This document shows, in pieces, positions 34,664 to 44,798 of a DNA stretch of 64,000 nucleotides. The notes under the pieces were generated by a model. That model did not search any database, was not told the origin of the DNA, and saw nothing but the letters and a program-made list of their open reading frames with translations. Source of the stretch: a virus; IMG/VR virus record IMGVR_UViG_3300033145_000274, positions 61,080-125,079 of that record, one strand, 5' to 3'. Numbering within the stretch: position 1 is the first letter of the stretch; every line of letters starts with the position of its first letter. Both the position numbers and the translations under genes were made by a program.

Positions 34664-35239
34664 ATGAAACGCATTGCTATAGTAAGTAACAATCCACGGC
34701 AAAGCAATACGGCTAGCTTTGTAGATAGTTGTGATGAAGTTATACGCTTCTCTAATTGTGTAACACATGAGGGTTTTACTGGAAACAAAATTACTGCATG
34801 GGTAACACGTAGTAGATGTAATCATACCAATAGTATATATTCCCTGTATGCTGGGATAATGAAACGCGCAGTTTCACACGTCAACGTAGCATTTATAACA
34901 CATGGATTTCCAGAGTATAGTGGCGACGGTAAACTTATTGGTCCCGAAATTGTACCATATGATACATTTCCAGTGCAACAGCTTTGTTCATTAGACACAA
35001 TTCGATGCATACCTATAAACGCACGTGGTCTCACCTTGCTGCATCCAGGATTAAACCCAACTGTAGGATTTGTGTTTCTATGGAACATCCTACATCAACA
35101 ATGGTTCAAAAACTATGAAATTCATCTGATTGGTTGGGATTTTGTTGGTATTGACGACCCACATAAGATTGCATGGGAAGAACAAATTACTCGGACCTGG
35201 ATAAAACATGGATACTTTCAGTGTAACACGGGGGAATGA
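34664..35239 (+). CDS. GT29/sialyltransferase-like protein (paralog of 36676-37296)
   Basis: IAIVSN..FVDSCDEVIRFSN..GNKIT; NPTVG; LIGWDF. Confidence 0.55.
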   Translation: MKRIAIVSNNPRQSNTASFVDSCDEVIRFSNCVTHEGFTGNKITAWVTRSRCNHTNSIYSLYAGIMKRAVSHVNVAFITHGFPEYSGDGKLIGPEIVPYDTFPVQQLCSLDTIRCIPINARGLTLLHPGLNPTVGFVFLWNILHQQWFKNYEIHLIGWDFVGIDDPHKIAWEEQITRTWIKHGYFQCNTGE

Positions 35240-35243
35240 CCAC

Positions 35244-35984
35244 ATGCGTTGGTTCAATAAGGTGGTGTTAGAAGTAAACTCGGACTGTAACCGTAGCTGC
35301 TCTTTTTGTAATCGTCATGGTGATAGTAAAGACAGGTTTTTTACATCTCAGGGAATGCGTATTAGTAAGTTCATGCCCATGAAATTTATCGAGAGTATTT
35401 GTCAACAACTCCAACAGCTTAAATGGCATGGTGATATATTTTTTGGTCATATGAGTGAGCCCACACTGGACCCCCGTATTGTTAAAGTCGTATCTATATT
35501 CCACAGTGCCGGGTTTCCAATTACATTTCATACCAATGGAGATGTGCTGAAAAAAAACAAGAAATTGTGTCGAGCACTCAGCCAGATAGTTGATAGATTT
35601 GTTGTAGGCATCTATGATGTAAAAAACAAACGTGACATTGTTGTGCTAAAAAACTGGTGGACACAACGACTAGCCCCGGCATTAACTATATTTTCAGTCG
35701 CTACCACTAGATTTCAACGGCGGTTTTCATTAGGGGATGACAAACATATTGGATATCCCACGAGCCGTTGCGATTTACCCAATAATAACCTAGTAATCTA
35801 CTACGACGGCCAGGTAGCATTATGCTGCGAAGATATTAACTGCGACTTTAACCTGGGCAATGTATTTGAAACACCCATCGTGGATATTTGGACATCTCCA
35901 TATCGTCTGGAACTAGTACAGAAACTTAAAGCACGTCGCGCAAATCACCCCATATGTACAGCCTGTCCCATTGTACCAAACTAA
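35244..35984 (+). CDS. radical SAM/SPASM protein
   Basis: CNRSCSFC; SEPTLD; HTNG; C..VIYYDGQVALCCED..LGN..CTAC. Confidence 0.85.
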   Translation: MRWFNKVVLEVNSDCNRSCSFCNRHGDSKDRFFTSQGMRISKFMPMKFIESICQQLQQLKWHGDIFFGHMSEPTLDPRIVKVVSIFHSAGFPITFHTNGDVLKKNKKLCRALSQIVDRFVVGIYDVKNKRDIVVLKNWWTQRLAPALTIFSVATTRFQRRFSLGDDKHIGYPTSRCDLPNNNLVIYYDGQVALCCEDINCDFNLGNVFETPIVDIWTSPYRLELVQKLKARRANHPICTACPIVPN

Positions 35985-35999
35985 TGGAAATGTTTAGAC

Positions 36000-36662
36000 A
36001 TGAAACTCGCCGTAGTTGTACCACTGAAAGCAAACAGTGAAAGATTGCCCAATAAAAACTTTTTAATGCTAGCGCACAAACCATTGTATCGCTGGGCGCT
36101 AGACAAGTTGGTAGCCTTACAATATCAGTGTGATATAGATGTATATATTTATTGTGATAACAATACTTGGACTTTAATTAACACAGAGGTCAAAAACCTT
36201 GGAGTCACACAGATAATTGAAGACACAGCCAGTAGTCGCACAGACAGCAATGGATTCTTTCAAGATATAGCTAGCAACCTAAGAAATTATCAAGGCATTA
36301 TGTATGCCAATGTTACATCTCCCTTTGTTAAGCTAAGCACTTACAAACACTGTATATCCATATACAAACAAGATAACCAATTTGATTCTGTAGTAACGGC
36401 CATTCCTATTTATGGCAGGGTATGGAATAGTGATGCCCAGGCATTAAACCACAACCCCACAACCTGTCCACGTACTCAATCACAAGAGCCCGTGTGGATT
36501 GAATCAGATGCACTGTGGATATTAGATATAGAAATGATGCTAAGATTTAGTCGGCGCATTGGTATACATCCATACTTTCATACAGTAGACCTAATGGAAC
36601 AACATGATATTAATACGGTGGCAGATTTTCACATGGCAGAAACACTAGTCGGGTCCACTTAA
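36000..36662 (+). CDS. CMP-sialic acid/KDO synthetase-like cytidylyltransferase
   Basis: VVPLKANSERLPNKNF, TSPF, DINTVADF. Confidence 0.85.
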   Translation: MKLAVVVPLKANSERLPNKNFLMLAHKPLYRWALDKLVALQYQCDIDVYIYCDNNTWTLINTEVKNLGVTQIIEDTASSRTDSNGFFQDIASNLRNYQGIMYANVTSPFVKLSTYKHCISIYKQDNQFDSVVTAIPIYGRVWNSDAQALNHNPTTCPRTQSQEPVWIESDALWILDIEMMLRFSRRIGIHPYFHTVDLMEQHDINTVADFHMAETLVGST

Positions 36663-36675
36663 CGTTCAATAAAAT

Positions 36676-37296
36676 ATGACACGCAAAGCAGTAATCGTAG
36701 GACACAGCACCACCACACTCTGTGACCATAGACAGTTCATTGATAGCTGTGACGAAGTCATAAGATTTTCGTGTTGTTATGGTCTAGGGGGGCGGAACGG
36801 AATAAAAACTACCCGGTGGGTCACTCGTAGTTATTGTATACATACGGCACGACCAGGATATCCTTTTTGGTGGGGTGGTGAACCCAAAGAAATACTCAAG
36901 TCTTTAAGCACTATATCGACGGCATATGTTACGTATGGTTTTGCTGAATGGAACATAGAGAATGGAGAGCCCGTAAAATACGACCAACATATCGTATCTA
37001 ATCTTCTGTGTATAGACAACATATCATGCATACCACTAAACATGAAGGATTTAGCCTGTTTACATCCCAATCGCAATCCAACCAACGGGCTTATGTTCCT
37101 GTGGGAGATATTGCGTTCTCAATTGTTCATTGATTATGAAATCTTTTTGGTTGGGTTTAACTTTGACGAAATATGTAGTACACACAATCCAGATTGGGAA
37201 CAACCAATTATTCAACGATGGATAAAACATGGATACTTTACATCAGTAATGTGTACCAGTCCATTAACATGTCAATGTCACATTAACACACAGTAG
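36676..37296 (+). CDS. GT29/sialyltransferase-like protein
   Basis: AVIVGH..FIDSCDEVIRFS; NPTNG; LVGFNF. Confidence 0.55.
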   Translation: MTRKAVIVGHSTTTLCDHRQFIDSCDEVIRFSCCYGLGGRNGIKTTRWVTRSYCIHTARPGYPFWWGGEPKEILKSLSTISTAYVTYGFAEWNIENGEPVKYDQHIVSNLLCIDNISCIPLNMKDLACLHPNRNPTNGLMFLWEILRSQLFIDYEIFLVGFNFDEICSTHNPDWEQPIIQRWIKHGYFTSVMCTSPLTCQCHINTQ

Positions 37297-37300
37297 GCCC

Positions 37301-37771
37301 ATGGATGAAGAAAAACCCATTCGTATGCTTTTGCGCCACATACGTAACGTGCAAGACGAGTGTGAACTTTTATCAGAACGGTTAATTGAGCAAGGAAAGC
37401 ACAGTCTGGCCAGGGCTCTCCTTGCTAATGGTATGCTGCACGACAATAGTAAATTTCGCGGCGTAGAATGGGACTATCTGGGCGAGGCCGCCAAAAACAA
37501 CCACCCCGACCAGTTTAAGGCCGCTGTTCAACAACACACACGCACAAACATGCATCATCCGGAATACTGGTGTGGCATTGATAACATGCCTGGTGTGTAC
37601 ATGGCTGAAATGGTATGTGATTGGAAAGCTCGGAGTGCAGAGTTTGGTACGGATTTGCGCGAATGGATAAAAGATAAAGCTACAAAGCGCTGGGACTTTA
37701 CATCTAAGGGTCGTGTTTATAAAGACCTGAAGGAATACCTAGACCTGCTGCTTGACCAGAAGTTCACATGA
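37301..37771 (+). CDS. HD-like phosphohydrolase (DUF5662-type)
   Basis: HIRNV, LHDNSKF, HHPEYW, EMVCDWKA. Confidence 0.7.
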   Translation: MDEEKPIRMLLRHIRNVQDECELLSERLIEQGKHSLARALLANGMLHDNSKFRGVEWDYLGEAAKNNHPDQFKAAVQQHTRTNMHHPEYWCGIDNMPGVYMAEMVCDWKARSAEFGTDLREWIKDKATKRWDFTSKGRVYKDLKEYLDLLLDQKFT

Positions 37772-38343
37772 AAACCCCCAAGGTCTTTTGTATTGGCTTT
37801 CATAAAACTGGCACCACCAGTATGCACTGGGCACTGCATCGTTTAGGCTATAGGGTGGCATCTTGTTATGGTGATGCCTTAAACCAAGTTGATACAAAAA
37901 TCCTGACTGATATAGCGGATAAGAGGTTAAAGTGCTTTGATGCATTTGAAGACCAACCATGGCCCGTGCTATACAAATACCTAGATGTGAAATGTCCTGG
38001 TAGTAAGTTCATCTTAACCGTGCGTGACTCAAGGTCGTGGTTAGGAAGCATGGAGCGACAATTTCGTTCCAGATGTATATGCTTACATGAGTACATATAT
38101 CAAGTCAAATCCGTTCGGGGAAACCAGGATGCGTATGTAGCGAGATTTGAACGACACAATGCTGAAGTAACGGATTACTTTCGATTAAGGCCCAACGACT
38201 TATTGTCACTAGATTTATCACATGGTAATACTTGGGAAAAGATATGTGGATTCTTAAACATACACACAATACCAACGAAACCATTTCCGCACGCTAATAA
38301 AAGGTTATGTGGCCAAGCATTGCCATGGTTTAAGGGGTTGTAG
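37768..38343 (+). CDS. sulfotransferase-like P-loop protein
   Basis: KVFCIGFHKTGTTSM; KFILTVRD..WL.SM. Confidence 0.8.
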   Translation: MKTPKVFCIGFHKTGTTSMHWALHRLGYRVASCYGDALNQVDTKILTDIADKRLKCFDAFEDQPWPVLYKYLDVKCPGSKFILTVRDSRSWLGSMERQFRSRCICLHEYIYQVKSVRGNQDAYVARFERHNAEVTDYFRLRPNDLLSLDLSHGNTWEKICGFLNIHTIPTKPFPHANKRLCGQALPWFKGL

Positions 38344-38406
38344 CTCAATTGGGAGAGCGTTTGACCGGCAGTCAAGAGGTTGTGGGTTCAAGTCCCATCA
38401 ACTCCG
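38334..38406 (+). tRNA. tRNA-Ala(GGC)
   Basis: G3.U70; TTTGA-CCGGCAG-TCAAG; G73 instead of A. Confidence 0.9.
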
Positions 38407-38420
38407 CTAAGGAAATAATT

Positions 38421-38738
38421 ATGTGGTATTACTGGTGGGTGCCCATCGTCATAGCGTCGTCAACTTGGTATGCGTATGCCTCCAAGTGTGCCAATGATAA
38501 TCCCAGTAGTATGCAACCGATGTATGTGATGTATGGTCTCCAATGCCTGTGTGTGTGGCCTATCGCCGCCCGATATTCCAAGAGTTTATTATTTGATGGC
38601 ATGTTATATGATGGCCTAATGATGTTGGCGTACTACCTATGTCTAATATATCTAGGAACGGCAGCGGGCTTTACACCACTACAGTGGGTAGGAACCGTGG
38701 CGGTACTAATCGGGATGTTAATGATAAAAATAGGTTGA
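38421..38738 (+). CDS. small multi-pass membrane protein
   Basis: four hydrophobic segments. Confidence 0.65.
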   Translation: MWYYWWVPIVIASSTWYAYASKCANDNPSSMQPMYVMYGLQCLCVWPIAARYSKSLLFDGMLYDGLMMLAYYLCLIYLGTAAGFTPLQWVGTVAVLIGMLMIKIG

Positions 38739-38762
38739 CGGGGGGGGAAATAAGTGTATAAT
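38735..38762 (+). promoter_or_regulatory. sigma70-like promoter
   Basis: TTGACG-16nt-TATAAT. Confidence 0.65.
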
Positions 38763-39464
38763 ATACTAAGGCTCATATGCCTCTGGACAATATGGATATC
38801 GTGTACCTGCGCTCAAGCTCAGTGGTACCAAGCGCCCGCCTTGCGGTACGCCAGTAATTACTCCGGTGTGCTCGGTGAGGTTGAGGAGAGGATGCCCGCT
38901 CAACATATTTATCGTGACACCGACAAGATAACCCACGTGCATGAAACTACTCATGGACTTAACTCACGATTGCGAGTCAAGTACGGTGGTAACTGTGCAT
39001 ATATTGTAAACACTGGTGGATTGTTCATCATGTTACAAGAACCATCAGTTACATTGACGCAAATTGCAGCCAGGGTGCCATCACAGTTACGTGACAACAT
39101 ATATCAGTTATACCTAGTGGAACAATGTCAGCATTGGAACGAGCAACCGCTGTACGTCTTGGATGAATTTTCAAGCTATTATAATGGTACGGTGTATGGT
39201 ATAGAGAAATACAATCCCAAGGTTGGTAATGCCCGACGAGTACAAAGCTCCATAACTGGCACACTGAAGTTTTTGTACTACTCCCTGATATTGGTCGAAC
39301 TTGCTCCACAAGAACCACAACTACAAAAAGTCGTCGATTGTCTTGGTAGACATACACAGGCATGTATAGTACAACCTGCATGTGACAAGGGATTGTTTGG
39401 TACAGAGCAACACGGGCTGTGGAAATTGTGTTGTGATAAGGCGCGCAACGCGCCCCTAAAGTGA
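38754..39464 (+). CDS. secreted protein with HExxH motif
   Basis: signal-like N-terminus; HVHETTHG; LDEFSSY. Confidence 0.55.
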   Translation: MYNILRLICLWTIWISCTCAQAQWYQAPALRYASNYSGVLGEVEERMPAQHIYRDTDKITHVHETTHGLNSRLRVKYGGNCAYIVNTGGLFIMLQEPSVTLTQIAARVPSQLRDNIYQLYLVEQCQHWNEQPLYVLDEFSSYYNGTVYGIEKYNPKVGNARRVQSSITGTLKFLYYSLILVELAPQEPQLQKVVDCLGRHTQACIVQPACDKGLFGTEQHGLWKLCCDKARNAPLK

Positions 39465-39524
39465 TAATGGTTAGCACACATCCTTGGTAAGGATGGAGAG
39501 TGGGTTCGATTCCCACTAGGGGCT
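39452..39524 (+). tRNA. tRNA-Thr(GGT)
   Basis: CATCC-TTGGTAA-GGATG. Confidence 0.92.
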
Positions 39525-39528
39525 CTGG

Positions 39529-39610
39529 GTCGGAGTGGTGGAACGGTAGACACGCCAGTTTTAGGAACTGGTGCCCAATGGGCGTGAGGGTTCGACTCCC
39601 TCCTCCGATA
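39529..39610 (+). tRNA. tRNA-Leu(TAG)
   Basis: CCAGT-TTTAGGA-ACTGG; A73. Confidence 0.92.
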
Positions 39611-39639
39611 CTTATTACGTCAGTATTAAAAGGTGAAAC

Positions 39640-39912
39640 ATGAAACGACGAGGCTTTCTAAAAGCGTTGGGTTTGGGTGCTACAACGGCAGCCACAGTAC
39701 CAATGCGTGACCTTTTAGAATCAGAAACACACCGAATACGAAGAACTAATCCGGAATCTACACGGGGCATGGCTACATACGTAGCTAAGAGTAAGCAACG
39801 CGACGACAAAGCCAAGGTTATTCAGCCTGGTACTGGAAAAGATTACGTTGCCTATGACATAACTTGTAGCGGCGTTATGCCATGGCCAAAACATGAATTA
39901 CAGGTGTTGTAA
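39640..39912 (+). CDS. protein with twin-arginine signal
   Basis: MKRRGFLKALGLGATTAA. Confidence 0.7.
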   Translation: MKRRGFLKALGLGATTAATVPMRDLLESETHRIRRTNPESTRGMATYVAKSKQRDDKAKVIQPGTGKDYVAYDITCSGVMPWPKHELQVL

Positions 39913-40277
39913 TGTTCGATAGACGCAGATTTCTGAAAGCTATAGGATTAAGCGTACCGGCGATTGCCATTATACCATTGGTAACGCTTGAATCCACACC
40001 GTGTCAACACGACAGACACATTACCTGCATTCCTGGCTCCGGTAGCGCGTTTTTCTGTACTGACTGTGGTGAACACGTAGATGAAATGAAGTATTTGGAT
40101 GTTACTCATCGGACTCTCAAGGTTTTAGACGACAAGTTTGGTGTTAAAGTCAGGGAAGAAAACTTTACTAAAATAGTGACTTCCTTTCAGCGTCCATGTT
40201 ATGGTCGTGATGCACGTAAACTCGTAACAGAATACTGGGAATCTGATTACAAAGCTACCGGTTTTGGAGATTGCTGA
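39912..40277 (+). CDS. protein with twin-arginine signal and zinc motif
   Basis: MFDRRRFLKAIGL; CQH..TCIPGSGSAFFCTDCG. Confidence 0.7.
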   Translation: MFDRRRFLKAIGLSVPAIAIIPLVTLESTPCQHDRHITCIPGSGSAFFCTDCGEHVDEMKYLDVTHRTLKVLDDKFGVKVREENFTKIVTSFQRPCYGRDARKLVTEYWESDYKATGFGDC

Positions 40278-40483
40278 AGACCCTGGCCCGTCATACCCAT
40301 TAGACATAAGTAAAGTAATCTGTAGCCCGGAGCACATAACACATGAGTGATTTTGACCTAGCCGACCCAACCACATCACAGCCAGTACCAGAATTGTGTG
40401 ATGGACGATGGGCGGAATTAGAGGCACGTCGAGTTGCCCAAGAACGCTTAGAGCGTATGTTTGGGTGCCTACAACAACTACCT

Positions 40484-40567
40484 GGTGGAGTGGCGCAAAT
40501 GGTTGACGCAGGAGTCTTAAAAGCTCCCGAGCAATAGCTCATGCGGGTTCGACTCCCGTCTCCACTA
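40484..40567 (+). tRNA. tRNA-Leu(TAA)
   Basis: GGAGT-CTTAAAA-GCTCC; A73. Confidence 0.92.
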
Positions 40568-40576
40568 CTTATTGGG

Positions 40577-40604
40577 TTGACAAACAGCATTTCCGTGCTA
40601 AAAT
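40577..40604 (+). promoter_or_regulatory. sigma70-like promoter
   Basis: TTGACA-16nt-TAAAAT, TGn. Confidence 0.75.
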
Positions 40605-40619
40605 AGAGGTACACACGAC

Positions 40620-40820
40620 ATGGATTCTAAGTGGCCGGGATTTACAGTGCTCGACTATCGCCTTGGCACTTCAGAAACCGAGTTAGAATGTACACACTGT
40701 GGTCATATATTTGCAGTGGATTTAGATACAGAAGAAAACATGACATATGTATGTTGTGTCGTGCCAGTACCACAATGCCCAGAGTGTGGATGGCATATAA
40801 TGCAGAGTGTTATAGATTAG
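40620..40820 (+). CDS. small zinc-ribbon protein
   Basis: CTHCG..CPECG; RBS gaggt. Confidence 0.6.
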   Translation: MDSKWPGFTVLDYRLGTSETELECTHCGHIFAVDLDTEENMTYVCCVVPVPQCPECGWHIMQSVID

Positions 40821-41166
40821 GCTACCAAAACGGACCACCTGACAGGTTGCTACTGTCTTTATTGTAGGTGGTGGGTTGACACAAGCTGTTCCTTAGCCAA
40901 GAGTAAATGTGAAAATTATTATACTTAGAGGCGGCGCTTGCAAACCGTCCGTTGTAACAAGCAGGGTGTCCTTTCTATAAGCAGGGAAAGCAGTTCATCC
41001 GATTCAATCTTGTTTAGTAGCTGAGTGCCGTACCCAACCATGAACAGCGAACAGTTGATTGAACTTTGACGAGTAGGTATCTGGTACATTTTATGGGTTC
41101 GACTCCCGTTGCTCGTCCTGTTTTTATGTAATGTAATGTATCTTTATCTCAATTGGAGGAAGAAGT

Positions 41167-41604
41167 ATGGCTGGAAGTTTTAACAAAGTCATCTTAATGG
41201 GCAACATAACTCGTGACATAGAACTCAGATACACCCCTGGTGGTACTGCGGTAACTGACATGGGTTTGGCTGTTAACGAGAAACGAAAAAACGCCAGTGG
41301 AGACCTGGTAGAAGACACAACTTTCGTGGACGTGACCCTTTGGGGTCGCAATGCTGAGGTTGCAGTAGAATACCTCGGTAAGGGCTCACCGGTTTTGGTT
41401 GAGGGTCGCTTGAAGCTCGACCAATGGGAAACCGACGATGGTGAAAAACGTCAGAAGCTCAAGGTGGTATGCGACCGTATGCAAATGGTCGGTTCTAAGC
41501 GTGACAATGGTAATGGTAACGGCAATAACAAGCCTGCTTCCGCTCCCACGCCCGCATCAGATTCAGATGCACCCGACGCCGACCCTGATAAAGTGCCATT
41601 CTGA
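41167..41604 (+). CDS. ssb: single-stranded DNA-binding protein
   Basis: [25 protein letters not shown], acidic C-terminus ending VPF. Confidence 0.95.
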   Translation: MAGSFNKVILMGNITRDIELRYTPGGTAVTDMGLAVNEKRKNASGDLVEDTTFVDVTLWGRNAEVAVEYLGKGSPVLVEGRLKLDQWETDDGEKRQKLKVVCDRMQMVGSKRDNGNGNGNNKPASAPTPASDSDAPDADPDKVPF

Positions 41605-41679
41605 TTGTGTCAAACGGAATAATTATGAGTGGCATAGACTTGATGTTTGTGTCACTTATTTTTTTTGCTGGACATACAT

Positions 41680-42420
41680 ATGAAAGCCAAAGTTGCCTAT
41701 CTGTTTTTGACCTATGGTGATATTAACCATCCTCGTCTGTGGGAACGTTATTTCCAGGGACATGATGACACTACGGTAATTTGTTGTCATGCAGCAGATA
41801 GAGATAGTGTGTCTACTCCCTTCTTAAAGGACAACTTAATACCATATTGGGTATCTACAGATTGGGGTAAAATCGGCCTGGTCATTGCGCAGCTTGAACT
41901 GACACGCCACGCTTTGCGTGACCCACTCGTAGAACGCCTGGTGTTGTGCTCTGGGTCGTGTGTACCAATCAAAACTTATTCACGTGCATACGATTCCCTA
42001 TTCGAGCACGATAAGTCTTGGCTTACCATGCATCGTCAGTATATTGCACGCATGTCTAAGGTAACACACCTGGACCAGGCTAGTCATCGTAAGAATTCTC
42101 AATGGGTAATGCTAACTCGCCAACATGCCATGATGCTGGTGAGGTGTAATTACATATCTGATTTTACTCGGTGTGTGATTCCGGATGAACATTATGTCGG
42201 GTCGGTATTGGTACACATGGGACAACAAGAACACATTCTGCAACGTGAACAAACGTGCGCGCGTTGGCATACGATTTCACCAGTGCAAATGACACCTACG
42301 GAACATAGTATATTGACAAGCCATGATATACAATTCTTTAGGAATAGCTCGTCTATTTTAGCCCGTAAATTCAAAGCAGATAGTGATATTTCTGAACGCT
42401 GGAATGATATAGTAGCATAG
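41680..42420 (+). CDS. core-2/I-branching (GT14-like) glycosyltransferase
   Basis: KVAYLFLT, LCSGSCVPIK, SQWVML, PDEHYV, LARKF. Confidence 0.8.
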   Translation: MKAKVAYLFLTYGDINHPRLWERYFQGHDDTTVICCHAADRDSVSTPFLKDNLIPYWVSTDWGKIGLVIAQLELTRHALRDPLVERLVLCSGSCVPIKTYSRAYDSLFEHDKSWLTMHRQYIARMSKVTHLDQASHRKNSQWVMLTRQHAMMLVRCNYISDFTRCVIPDEHYVGSVLVHMGQQEHILQREQTCARWHTISPVQMTPTEHSILTSHDIQFFRNSSSILARKFKADSDISERWNDIVA

Positions 42421-42431
42421 GAGACTCCCGC

Positions 42432-43295
42432 ATGGGATTTATTAGTAGGGTACACGAACGTCTCAAAAGCGTTGAAAAATATAGCGTATTCAAAGATTTA
42501 CTGGCAGCCTATCAAACAGTATCGCAAGTGGGTGTACCGCGCCCAAAATTATATCTTAGCTTAACCAGACAGGACATACGTGATTTGGATTGGGCCAACA
42601 TTAGTCGTCGTGTACCAAATATATTCGTTATACGACCTAACATATTCTTAAATGCATCGCATGACTACTTCTTGAGAGACGACGGAAGTCACTTGTTGAT
42701 GAACTTTACAACGGGGACTCAGCAAACACGTATGGCCACCCTGGAACAACAAGTTAAAAATCTGGAACGGTTTCCAGCATCCGCTCGTCTCTTGTTTGAA
42801 GAATTTCCCTTAACTGCTTCTAACACATTACATTATCCAGCACATTATCGTGTACATGCCTTTCACGATACCATTGGCATGATACAGGTATCAACACCAG
42901 ACAATGTTTTCTGGATGGATGTCACTGGTCAGATATTAGATTTCACTAACGATAAAGATGTAAGTCACTTAGTACCAGAAACAAAAACACTAGAAGATTT
43001 ACGAGCCGCCGCCAAGACCATATCTATCGTCACGGAGTTACCATACATACGTATAGATTTTGTGTTGTCTACCAGAGGAGCGCTGTTTCGCAGCCTGGCC
43101 TGTATTCCTGGTGATGTTAGGTCAGAGGCATTTGCATGGCTATACTCTAAACATGACGAAACCATGGAAACACTATGGACACAAGCAGAAGATAAAATCA
43201 AAATTAGAAAGAACAATCGTGTCGTCAAACCACAACATGACAATAGTCAACGACCCAACCAAACCAACATCACCACGCCGGATGACAACGCCTGA
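42432..43295 (+). CDS. TupA-like ATP-grasp protein
   Basis: LFEEF, YRVHAFHD..IQV, LPYIRIDF. Confidence 0.5.
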   Translation: MGFISRVHERLKSVEKYSVFKDLLAAYQTVSQVGVPRPKLYLSLTRQDIRDLDWANISRRVPNIFVIRPNIFLNASHDYFLRDDGSHLLMNFTTGTQQTRMATLEQQVKNLERFPASARLLFEEFPLTASNTLHYPAHYRVHAFHDTIGMIQVSTPDNVFWMDVTGQILDFTNDKDVSHLVPETKTLEDLRAAAKTISIVTELPYIRIDFVLSTRGALFRSLACIPGDVRSEAFAWLYSKHDETMETLWTQAEDKIKIRKNNRVVKPQHDNSQRPNQTNITTPDDNA

Positions 43296-44256
43296 GATAG
43301 ACTCTAAGCCCCTGAATGGTTCGCTTTATTGTATATCGGCGTATTTTAATCCAATGGGGTTGTCCAATCGTTATGAAAATTTTTGTGTATTTTATCAACG
43401 CATGATGCAACATGATGCTAATGTGTTATTTGCTGAAATGGCACTGCACGAACGTGGCTTTGAATTACCTAAAGTCGTCAATGATAATCAGCTACCCGTA
43501 CAGGTATGCACAAAACATATCTTGTGGCAAAAAGAAAACCTGTTGTCGTTGTTGTTAAAACACTTGCCGGACGACTGTGATAAAGTATGTTGGGTAGACT
43601 CCGATATACTATTTCAACACCCAGACTGGCAAGCTGAAATACATGCGGCCCTACAAAAGTACCGAGTAATACAAGGTTATTCATTTGCCGCCATGCTACC
43701 CAAGGGCGTTGAGTTTGTAGATACTATTGAAATTGATAGTTTTCCAACGCGCTTTGACGATTGCGGTAAGGTGTATGGCTATATGTGCGGCATGTTACAT
43801 CCTAAAATTCAACAATGGAATGGTCATCCTGGGTTTGTGTGGGCGGCACGGCGTGAGGAATTAGAAAAAATCAACTTCTACAACGAATCTATCATCGGTG
43901 GTGGTGATTTGTTAATGGCCCGTGCCTCTACATACCATCATTATTCTGCTGATATTTGTGAACGCAATAGTCGTTTCCAACTAGCAAGCTATTTTCCATG
44001 GGCACAACGATGGTGTGATACCATGGGGTTTAGTGTTGGCTTTGCTAACAACTCAATTTATCATTTGTATCATGGCAAAATTAGCAACCGACACCTTGAT
44101 GCACGTCTGGAAACGTTGAAAAACCTAGACTTTGACCCATCACGCGACCTCATAATGCAAGATAACGGACTATGGTCAGTAACCGACGAGGGAGAACGGT
44201 TGTTGACCCCCGTACGACTATATTTTTCTAGTCGTCAAGAGGATGCCATAAGATGA
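43282..44256 (+). CDS. glycosyltransferase-like protein
   Basis: LWQKENLL, WVDSDILF, HPGFVWAAR, IIGGGDLL, YHLYHG. Confidence 0.6.
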   Translation: MTTPEIDSKPLNGSLYCISAYFNPMGLSNRYENFCVFYQRMMQHDANVLFAEMALHERGFELPKVVNDNQLPVQVCTKHILWQKENLLSLLLKHLPDDCDKVCWVDSDILFQHPDWQAEIHAALQKYRVIQGYSFAAMLPKGVEFVDTIEIDSFPTRFDDCGKVYGYMCGMLHPKIQQWNGHPGFVWAARREELEKINFYNESIIGGGDLLMARASTYHHYSADICERNSRFQLASYFPWAQRWCDTMGFSVGFANNSIYHLYHGKISNRHLDARLETLKNLDFDPSRDLIMQDNGLWSVTDEGERLLTPVRLYFSSRQEDAIR

Positions 44257-44798
44257 TACCCAACGACATTTGGTTTACAGCCGACACACATGCATGGCAT
44301 ACTAACATTATTGGTTATTGCACCAGGCCATGGACCGATTCCAATATCATGACACACGACCTGGCTGATAATATCAATGACCACGTTCCTGCTAATGCTA
44401 CATTATATCATTTGGGTGATTGGTCTTGGGGCAATGTCTTGTGGGTGGAGGGTTTTCGGTCAATGATTAACTGTAAGAATATCATATTGATATTGGGTAA
44501 TCATGACAAGCTCATTCGACAACAGGTATCCCTACAACGTTTATTTGTAAGCACTTCGGACCTTATAGAACTTAATTTATCACAGCGTCACAAAATTGTA
44601 ATGTGTCATTATGCCATGCGAGTGTGGAATGCATCATTTCATAGGTCATGGCATCTCTATGGTCATAGTCATGGAACACTACCTGATGACCCGCAGTCAC
44701 TAAGCTTTGATGTTGGTATAGACTGTTGGGACTATAAGCCCATTTCGTTAGACCAAGTTTATGATAAAATGAAAGGTAAAGCCAAGCATGTGTCGTGA
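44253..44798 (+). CDS. calcineurin-like metallophosphoesterase
   Basis: FTADTHAWH, YHLGD, GNHD, HLYGHSH, DVGID. Confidence 0.9.
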   Translation: MIPNDIWFTADTHAWHTNIIGYCTRPWTDSNIMTHDLADNINDHVPANATLYHLGDWSWGNVLWVEGFRSMINCKNIILILGNHDKLIRQQVSLQRLFVSTSDLIELNLSQRHKIVMCHYAMRVWNASFHRSWHLYGHSHGTLPDDPQSLSFDVGIDCWDYKPISLDQVYDKMKGKAKHVS

